Origin: Candidatus Saccharimonadota bacterium
GTDB taxonomy: Bacteria > Patescibacteriota > Microgenomatia > UBA1406 > GWC2-37-13
Reading direction: 5' to 3'
Assembly: GCA_016699265.1 (NCBI GenBank)
Contig: CP064967.1
Location: forward strand, 90,001 to 122,000
DNA length: 32,000 nt
The notes under the pieces are model-generated. The model searched no databases. It was not told where the DNA came from and saw only the letters and a program-made list of their open reading frames with translations. Below, piece after piece: positions 11,507 through 18,784 of this stretch. Numbering within the stretch: position 1 is the stretch's first letter; the number at the start of each line of letters is the position of its first letter. A program made the position numbers and the translations under genes.

Positions 11507-14500
11507 TTGGCCTCAACTTCTGGGTCAACCTCATTTGACGGACTACAGATTGACTTTACTCAAGACGATGATGCGGACTCAGCAGACACCAATGCAGGAC
11601 TTAACATTAACATCACTTCATCTTCCTCAGACCAAGACACAGTACTTGGTATTAACATTGCAAATATTACCGGAGGCTCAGCGTTTGAGAGAGGATTGCA
11701 GATTGGATCAGGATGGGATAGCAATCTGTACTTTAATGACACGACAACCAATATTGGCATTGCAAACTCTCAGATCTTCACCTCAGGGACCGCCTCCTTC
11801 TCAGGAAGACTTGGTATTGGTACAACCGCTCCAACCGTTTCACTTGATGTTGTTGGAGCTGGAGTCTTCTCAACTAACCTTACCGTTAACGGGAACACAA
11901 CCCTTGGAGATGCTACAACAGATACGGTTACACTAACTGCAAAGATTGCTGGGGCCTCAGGATCTGCTCTTGGCTTCTCAGACGGTTCTTTCACCACCTG
12001 TACCGCACTTGAGACTGTAGCTGGAATGCTTACCTGTGGAACTGACGATGTTGGAGGTGGAGCAGGAGTATGGACAGATGGTACTGCCACAGCATATCTT
12101 GCAGTCTCCTCAGACTGGGTAGGTATTGGAACCTCCACTCCAACAGACAAAGTCAATATCCTAGCCTCAACATCAGGATCAGCATCATTTGATGGACTAC
12201 AGATCGACTTCACCCAGTCAGATGACACCGATTCCACAGATGCCAATGCAGGACTAAATATCAACATCACATCGTCTTCCTCAGATCCAGATACCTTGTA
12301 CGGAATCAATATCGCAGCAATTACTGGAGGTAGTGCAAGAGAGACAGGGCTAAATGTGGGATCAGGTTGGGATTACTCCGCCTTATTTGCAGGTAAAGTA
12401 GGAATTGGGACGACCGCACCATCGAACGTTCTATCCGTCTACACAACTACAGCCAATGATGGCATCTATCTTGATGGTACAGATCGACCAACTATACAGA
12501 TCGCATCAAGCGGTGTAACGCGAGCTCGATTCGGTGTTTCTACCGGAGCGGGCCAGTTATCATCTGACTCAGTCGCAAATGATGTAGTCATTAGAACGGA
12601 AGGCACAAATCTACTATTTAATACAAACGGAGGATCATCCAATGCTGCATTAGCGCTAAGCAGCACAGGTACAGCATTATTCAAAAACACAACCAACTCT
12701 ACAACTGCTTTCGTAGTTCAGAACTCTGGAGGTACGAGCCTACTAAATGTGGATACTTCAAACAACCGTATAACTTTGAAGGCAGATATTGAGACGTCCA
12801 ATAATATCAGCAGTCCTTATGGCGGAACAGGTGTAATAGGAAACAGACTCGGTTTGTCAGAAGAGCTCGAAAATACTTTTCTATGGACGGCAAATAATCT
12901 AACAGTAACAGCCAACAACAGCTCAGCTCCAGACGCGACCCTGACAGCAGACACACTAAGTGGTTCGGCTGCAAATAGTACATTAACCTATACTAACAGC
13001 GACATTGATGGTGCAGGCACTTACACATTTAGCATATGGCTTAAATCAAACGCCGGTAATATACCATCAACAATTCGTCTAGACTCTACGGCGGGTAGTC
13101 CTACTACCGGTACCGCAGTCAGCATAACTGCTACTACCGAATGGAAGCGTTTCAGTGTGACCCAAACCTTCACTGGTAGCCCTACCGCTATCAGTCCGGT
13201 AATAACCATTACGAACAGTGGAGAAACCATTGTTGCGTGGGGAGCTCAGGTCCAATCAGGCACCAGTATGGGAGTGTATACGCCAGGTGGAACGCATTCA
13301 AATCAGGAAGCTGGCGTCGTAGTCAACGGTTTACTACGACTATTTAGTAACGAGGATAGCGGAGGATATGCCGCAATTATATTTGGTTCCGGAGACAGCA
13401 ATTACAGTACTGCTCTAAGCAAAAGTGGTTTGCAAGTACCAGGCAATACGGGTGATTTTGCATTTAACATAGATACGACGGATGGATTATTCAAATTTCA
13501 GTCAGGTTATGGGACGGCCCTTACTATAAAACCATCTGCTTATAATACCGGGACAGGTATCTTGATTTCTGGTTCTGCGCCAAGTTCCGTAACTCAAACC
13601 GGGGCAGTCACCGGCCTCAGCCTAGATCAATCCACCAACTTCACTGTTCCAAACAGTTCTGCCGGTAATCAAACGGGCATCAACCTAACCATAAAAGACG
13701 GTGGAGCCTCCGCAACCTCGAAAGGTATCTCTATTCAGGGTACTGCTGACACAGGTATAAGCTTTGGCGGAACTATAACCAATCTTATAGATGCGACGAA
13801 CTTCAAGGTTTCGAGCCTTGGAGTAGCTACTCTTGGCTCTGCGAACCAAGCTGGTTCGCTCGTCATCAATGACGGAACTAGTAGTACTGTTACTATTAAA
13901 TCCGGAACTCAGGTAGCTGCTACTAACTATGACATTACTATTCCCGCCATTACGGGCAGCGACATAATCTGCTTACAATCGTTCGCTAACTGTGGTGGAG
14001 CAAGCGTATGGATAGACGGAACCGCTAATGCATATCTTTCGGTCTCCTCAGACTGGGTAGGTATTGGGACCTCAACTCCAACTGATAAGCTAAACGTATT
14101 GGCCTCAACTTCTGGGTCAACCTCATTTGACGGACTACAGATTGACTTTACTCAAGACGATGATGCGGACTCAGCAGACACCAATGCAGGACTTAACATT
14201 AACATCACTTCATCTTCCTCAGACCAAGACACAGTACTTGGTATTAACATTGCAAATATTACCGGAGGCTCAGCGTTTGAGAGAGGATTGCAGATTGGAT
14301 CAGGATGGGATAGCAATCTGTACTTTAATGACACGACAACCAATATTAGCATTGCAAACTCTGGTACCTTCACCTTCAATGACGGAACAAACACCTTGTT
14401 CTCAATCGTTGATACGGGAACAAATGCAGATCTTATTATTACCGGAGGCGTAACATTTGCAGCCTTTACGAATGGAGGCTTGGGCTGCTCAGCATTAGAA

Positions 14501-16309
14501 ACTACCGCTACAGGAGCGCTAAACTGCGGAACGGACGATACTACAGGTGGATCAGCTCCAGGTTGGACCGATGGTGGATTTAACGTCTACTTATCAACGC
14601 TCAATGACCTAGTGGGTATCGGAACAACTACTCCAACAGATAAGTTAAACATCCTAGCTTCTACCTCAGGTTCGGCAGCATTTGATGGACTACAGATTGA
14701 CTTTACTTTGTCATCGGATGGAGACAGTGCGGATAACAACGCCGGCCTAAACATTAATCTCACACAATCAAGTAGTGATGCTGATGTTCTCAATGGAATA
14801 AGCATCTCAATCGCCGGAGCGAGTACGAGCGCGAGAGAGCGAGGAATCTCAATAGGTACCGGTTTTGATGATGACATCTACTTCGCCTCTGCGTCAGCGA
14901 CTCTTAGAATTCAGAGTGGAGGACAGATTGCAATTACCGACAACTTTATCGGTGGAGGCGCAAGTAGCGATCTCCCACTTGCTCGACTAAAGGAGTACTT
15001 CTCCGATGCGAACTTTGGCGTTTGGGAGGCCGGTGGCTTCATAAATCTTGATGGATCGTATAGAATGGATAACTTTATTAATCCGGGATCTGCCTCAGCG
15101 GATATTTCCGGCGCATCGAAACTCGGAGACAATCGGGACTGGGTCGTCGATGAGGCTGCAACCGGCGCAGGAGGCACTGCTACTCAGCAGGTAGGATGTC
15201 AGGTAGGCGTAGGTGGCGGTAACACTAACCTTACATACGGTACCAGTAATCAACTAAATGGCGTTATGTATATGAAGCTTGACTCAAACTCAGTGACAAA
15301 CACACCGAATACGTGGTGCGCGATGTATCATGCTGACACCGCCGGCTCAAATGCCACACGCATGGCTCAGCTAAATGCAGCCAACAAGTTCATTATGTAC
15401 TATAAAGTCCGACCGGACTCAAACTACACCGCAACAAATACCCCAAGCAACAACAACCTCTTTTTCTGGCTAGGGGCAAATCAGCATACTCAAGGCTACT
15501 TTGGTAAGTCAACCCTTACTTCAAATAATAATCTCATTGCGTTCACCAATCTCAATGGTACCCAGACGCAGACCGGTACGAACGCTACGGCCGGTACGGT
15601 GTGGAATGGATGGGTGCAAAATGGAACTGCAGCTACCAATATATCTACGGTATCGTGTTCGAATGCCAACATCAGTACTGCTACCAATGCATGGGCATTG
15701 ATGCGTATCGAGGCTCGTGCCACTAATGATGTTCATTTCTTCATTGACGGGGATGTTTCTAACGGTGTTAGTCTGAGTGAGTGTGGAGGCGGCATTACCT
15801 CAAACATCCCAACCGGAATGTTAAGGCCACAAATTATGGCTGCCCAAAACGGCGGAACCGTCACCGTCACAAGAGGTCTATTTGTCGATCTTTTTGCCTT
15901 CGTTCAGGATGATGTGCGTGATGGTACGACTCCACAGCAGGCGTTATCAACCGACGCAGAGTTAGCCAACACAACGCAAGAAATCCCCGACATTATGGGT
16001 GGCGCAGACCTTGCCGAGCACTATTATGTTCCTGAAGGACAGGAGATTCACCCTGGAGAGATCGTTTCGCTCGGAAACTATGCAGGTCAGGTAAATAAAT
16101 CAACAAGACCATACGATCGCAAACTCTTAGGTGTAGTGTCTGAGTCTCCGGGTCTTGAGATTGGGCAGGCTGCGGCTAACTCTGTACCGGTCGCGCTTAC
16201 CGGACGCGTGTCAGTGAAGGTTAATGGTAGTGGTGGAGCAATAAAGATAGGCGATCCAATCACTCCATCTCTAATTTCAGGAGGGTATGAAGGCAACCGA
16301 GGCCGGTAA
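11507..16309 (+). CDS. Giant surface fibre/adhesin, intact 3' portion (1600 codons). It contains Cys-loop plus VGIGT(S/T)TPTDK modules, a CBM-like jelly-roll, a LamG/ConA-like region and the start of a conserved C-terminal domain. The 5' boundary is not a real start.
   Basis: This is the longest ORF in the window. It begins at a TTG inside the LASTSGS repeat. The same frame stays open and homologous back to about 11045 with no ATG/GTG/TTG. Motifs: WGAQVQSGTSMGVYTP (12893-13290 region) and WALMRIEARATNDVHFFIDGD (about 15690-15750). Confidence 0.85.
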   Translation: MASTSGSTSFDGLQIDFTQDDDADSADTNAGLNINITSSSSDQDTVLGINIANITGGSAFERGLQIGSGWDSNLYFNDTTTNIGIANSQIFTSGTASFSGRLGIGTTAPTVSLDVVGAGVFSTNLTVNGNTTLGDATTDTVTLTAKIAGASGSALGFSDGSFTTCTALETVAGMLTCGTDDVGGGAGVWTDGTATAYLAVSSDWVGIGTSTPTDKVNILASTSGSASFDGLQIDFTQSDDTDSTDANAGLNINITSSSSDPDTLYGINIAAITGGSARETGLNVGSGWDYSALFAGKVGIGTTAPSNVLSVYTTTANDGIYLDGTDRPTIQIASSGVTRARFGVSTGAGQLSSDSVANDVVIRTEGTNLLFNTNGGSSNAALALSSTGTALFKNTTNSTTAFVVQNSGGTSLLNVDTSNNRITLKADIETSNNISSPYGGTGVIGNRLGLSEELENTFLWTANNLTVTANNSSAPDATLTADTLSGSAANSTLTYTNSDIDGAGTYTFSIWLKSNAGNIPSTIRLDSTAGSPTTGTAVSITATTEWKRFSVTQTFTGSPTAISPVITITNSGETIVAWGAQVQSGTSMGVYTPGGTHSNQEAGVVVNGLLRLFSNEDSGGYAAIIFGSGDSNYSTALSKSGLQVPGNTGDFAFNIDTTDGLFKFQSGYGTALTIKPSAYNTGTGILISGSAPSSVTQTGAVTGLSLDQSTNFTVPNSSAGNQTGINLTIKDGGASATSKGISIQGTADTGISFGGTITNLIDATNFKVSSLGVATLGSANQAGSLVINDGTSSTVTIKSGTQVAATNYDITIPAITGSDIICLQSFANCGGASVWIDGTANAYLSVSSDWVGIGTSTPTDKLNVLASTSGSTSFDGLQIDFTQDDDADSADTNAGLNINITSSSSDQDTVLGINIANITGGSAFERGLQIGSGWDSNLYFNDTTTNISIANSGTFTFNDGTNTLFSIVDTGTNADLIITGGVTFAAFTNGGLGCSALETTATGALNCGTDDTTGGSAPGWTDGGFNVYLSTLNDLVGIGTTTPTDKLNILASTSGSAAFDGLQIDFTLSSDGDSADNNAGLNINLTQSSSDADVLNGISISIAGASTSARERGISIGTGFDDDIYFASASATLRIQSGGQIAITDNFIGGGASSDLPLARLKEYFSDANFGVWEAGGFINLDGSYRMDNFINPGSASADISGASKLGDNRDWVVDEAATGAGGTATQQVGCQVGVGGGNTNLTYGTSNQLNGVMYMKLDSNSVTNTPNTWCAMYHADTAGSNATRMAQLNAANKFIMYYKVRPDSNYTATNTPSNNNLFFWLGANQHTQGYFGKSTLTSNNNLIAFTNLNGTQTQTGTNATAGTVWNGWVQNGTAATNISTVSCSNANISTATNAWALMRIEARATNDVHFFIDGDVSNGVSLSECGGGITSNIPTGMLRPQIMAAQNGGTVTVTRGLFVDLFAFVQDDVRDGTTPQQALSTDAELANTTQEIPDIMGGADLAEHYYVPEGQEIHPGEIVSLGNYAGQVNKSTRPYDRKLLGVVSESPGLEIGQAAANSVPVALTGRVSVKVNGSGGAIKIGDPITPSLISGGYEGNRGR

Positions 16310-17135
16310 GATTCTTGGAACCGCGATGGAGGCATACACCGCAGAAGGGTCAGGAACCATTATGGTAAACGTCAATGTAGGTTATTATCTAGGGGATGAG
16401 CTTGGGTTAGAGCAGAACGACGAGATAGGCTTCGGTCAGAGCGAGCTCGCCTCGGGCTCCGCAACGCTTGCAAACAGCCCTGTCATCGCCATCCGAAGCT
16501 ATGTTTATAAAGGCCTTACAGAATTCTGGAATAAGGTTACGTTCAAAGAAACTGCTGAGTTCTGGGCTGAGGTGGTCTTCAAGAGCACTGTTCGTTTCGA
16601 AGGACAGGTTGAGTTCAATAAAGATACTGCGGGTTATGCAACAATCAGAAAGGGTGAAAGATTTGTAGATGTGGCCTTTGACAATTCGTATCAAACAGAG
16701 CCAATCGTCAACCTTAGCATTAACGTACCACAGGTCACCGATGAGCTATACCAAGAGTTAATAGCGTCTGGTGAGTGTGATGCCACTGAAGGAAAGGATG
16801 CATGTCAAGACAAAGTTGCAAACCTCGTACTAGGTGAAGATATTAAGGAAGGAGTTACTGGAAAGAGCTCGCAGGGCTTTATGATAATTCTGAACAAGCC
16901 AGCTCCGATCGACATCACCTACTCGTGGCAGGCGATCGCCGTAAAGAATGCAAAAACATCGGTCACAAAGACCACTCAGGAACTCCTAAATGAAGCGAGT
17001 GGCTCTGCGCAACTGGATCAAGGAGATGTGGCGGGTGAGGCAACTCCGAGCGCTATCATAACACCAATTGTTCCAATAACGCCTACTCCTTTTAGCGTTG
17101 AAGAGCTCACGCCAACTCCTTCAGTCGGACCGTAA
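16287..17135 (+). CDS. C-terminal continuation of the fibre protein in another frame (frameshift at about 16283-16290)
   Basis: The domain motif GDPITPSLISGGY | KATEAGKILGTAMEAY...GTIMVNVNVGYY runs straight across the ORF boundary. The 23-bp overlap with the upstream ORF fits a 1-nt insertion or a 2-nt deletion. Confidence 0.75.
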   Translation: MKATEAGKILGTAMEAYTAEGSGTIMVNVNVGYYLGDELGLEQNDEIGFGQSELASGSATLANSPVIAIRSYVYKGLTEFWNKVTFKETAEFWAEVVFKSTVRFEGQVEFNKDTAGYATIRKGERFVDVAFDNSYQTEPIVNLSINVPQVTDELYQELIASGECDATEGKDACQDKVANLVLGEDIKEGVTGKSSQGFMIILNKPAPIDITYSWQAIAVKNAKTSVTKTTQELLNEASGSAQLDQGDVAGEATPSAIITPIVPITPTPFSVEELTPTPSVGP

Positions 17136-17146
17136 AGGCTAAGGTC

Positions 17147-18781
17147 TTATTTAAGAAAGACTTCGTAGATCTGGAAGATATTACTTGTCTCGGCCTTGTT
17201 TAAATCGCTATGTTTGGCTGCGAATAGTTTTTCTATTTTTCTACATTTATGAGGGATGGCCTTACATTCGAAAGCATTCATGGTGAAAACTCTTCTACCA
17301 GATTTCAGTTGGTTTTTCACGAACTCGATGGTGGTATCATCCTCAAGGAAATACTGGTAGTAGACGGTAGGATGCCCATGAAGTAGCGGGATAGCTGTTA
17401 TAGGATGTATAACAACCGCATCTTTAGGTATCGCTGGAAGAAATATCTGTTCCAGATACGCATGAACATAAACTGGTCCCTGATCAACCGCGTTAAACAT
17501 TGTGGGCGCATATATGACCAGATCTTTATAATGCCAAAAATTAGAGCCGAGTTGAACCGTGGTCAGCGCAACCAGAAGAATAAATCCAGCCACGTACCTT
17601 TTTGCCTTATGAATGTTTGGTACGATATAAGATGCAATACAATCGGAGTACAGCAATATCAGTGGCGGAATTAGAATTAGGAAATACCGGCCGTACGAAC
17701 CTGAGAACTCAGCGGTTACAAACAGCCCCGCATAATAAAATGAATAAAGTAGAAAAAATGAAACGATCCAGAAGAGCTGTAAGCGATGTGAAATACTTTT
17801 GGAGGTAAGCCCAAGCCATAGTGCAGGAAGCGACAATACATACGGAAACTCAAAACCAGTGACAAGATACATAAGATTGGGTAGTGTATTTCGCGTAATA
17901 TACTTAGCGCTGAATGACTCAAGTGGAAGAGAGTCTGCACAGCACCATTTTTCTCCGAGAACCGAAAGAGAAGCGATCCCTCGCGCCAAGATTAGTGGAA
18001 TCATCATTATGAGAAGTTGTTTGTCATGCGACTGGAAAAGTATTTCTCCTCGACTTTTTCTATATCCCATTGCGAAGTACAGAAAAAGCGGTAGTAAAAT
18101 AAAGGCCTCAATGCGCACGCAGAGCAGGAGAAAAACACTCGTGGTAACAAATAGCGCATAGGTGAACGAAGGACCTTTAAGATAGAGTGCGAGAGATACG
18201 AATGAGGTTACGGTAAAAAATACAAAATAGGGGTCAAGTGCCATCGAAGCAGACCAGTAAACCAGTATCGGTAAGTAAAGCATGCCAACCAGAGTGAGTA
18301 GTGATCCAAGATATGATCGGAACAGCATGTAGCTTAGTACAGAAAGATAGATAGCGAGTAGCACGGACACGACGCGAGAGGCGTTGAAGAGGTTCGACTC
18401 CTGGTAACCAAATAGCTTGAGTATCCATCCATGCAATACGGGGACTGTGACTCGTACCGCTTGATCCGGTTTTCCGATCACTGATTTTTCAGGAGTAGCT
18501 GCCTCAACGCTTACTGCTTGATTTAGTCGCGCGAAGCTTACAGAATACCCAAGATACCGATCCTCATCGTAAAAAATGCGATGTTGATTGGGCACAAAGG
18601 CAAAGCGAAGATATACTCCTCCAGCTATGGCTGCAATCGCGATCAAGAGAATGATCTTCGGTGTTTTAAGTAAATGTTTAACGAATCTTGGAAGAAATAG
18701 AAGATTGAGCACGACAAACAGAAATAGAATGCCAGTTGTAGTCCAAGGAAAAATAATACCGAGGAGCGTTTCAGCGAGCAT
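17147..18781 (-). CDS. GT-C fold membrane glycosyltransferase (ArnT/PMT-like, GT39/83-type)
   Basis: 544 aa with many TM helices. An acidic motif, HRIFYDEDRY, sits in the first outer loop after TM1-2, as in ArnT/PMT enzymes. There is a C-terminal soluble domain. Confidence 0.65.
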   Translation of the reverse strand: MLAETLLGIIFPWTTTGILFLFVVLNLLFLPRFVKHLLKTPKIILLIAIAAIAGGVYLRFAFVPNQHRIFYDEDRYLGYSVSFARLNQAVSVEAATPEKSVIGKPDQAVRVTVPVLHGWILKLFGYQESNLFNASRVVSVLLAIYLSVLSYMLFRSYLGSLLTLVGMLYLPILVYWSASMALDPYFVFFTVTSFVSLALYLKGPSFTYALFVTTSVFLLLCVRIEAFILLPLFLYFAMGYRKSRGEILFQSHDKQLLIMMIPLILARGIASLSVLGEKWCCADSLPLESFSAKYITRNTLPNLMYLVTGFEFPYVLSLPALWLGLTSKSISHRLQLFWIVSFFLLYSFYYAGLFVTAEFSGSYGRYFLILIPPLILLYSDCIASYIVPNIHKAKRYVAGFILLVALTTVQLGSNFWHYKDLVIYAPTMFNAVDQGPVYVHAYLEQIFLPAIPKDAVVIHPITAIPLLHGHPTVYYQYFLEDDTTIEFVKNQLKSGRRVFTMNAFECKAIPHKCRKIEKLFAAKHSDLNKAETSNIFQIYEVFLK

Positions 18782-18784
18782 ACT

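Larger units (their letters stand above)
9029..14364 (+). repeat. Tandem duplication of a 2592-bp (864-codon) unit: degraded copy 9029-11506, clean copy 11507-14098, and the start of a third copy 14099-14364
   Basis: ttggcctcaacttctggg occurs at 11507 and 14099 (offset 2592). 11099-11770 is essentially identical to 13691-14362 (one ggc/agc difference seen). 9311 onward matches 11896 onward, with indels. Confidence 0.9.

Noticed and set aside
9029-14364. Diversity-generating retroelement (template and variable repeat pair)
   Set aside because: The differences between copies are synonymous changes and indels at all four bases, not adenine-specific substitutions. No reverse transcriptase ORF is in the window.
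1-17135. Prophage tail-fibre gene or mobile element
   Set aside because: The VGIGTTAP-type motifs are tail-fibre-like. However, there are no capsid, tail, terminase, integrase or transposase genes, no flanking att-like repeats, and both neighbours are ordinary chromosomal operons.
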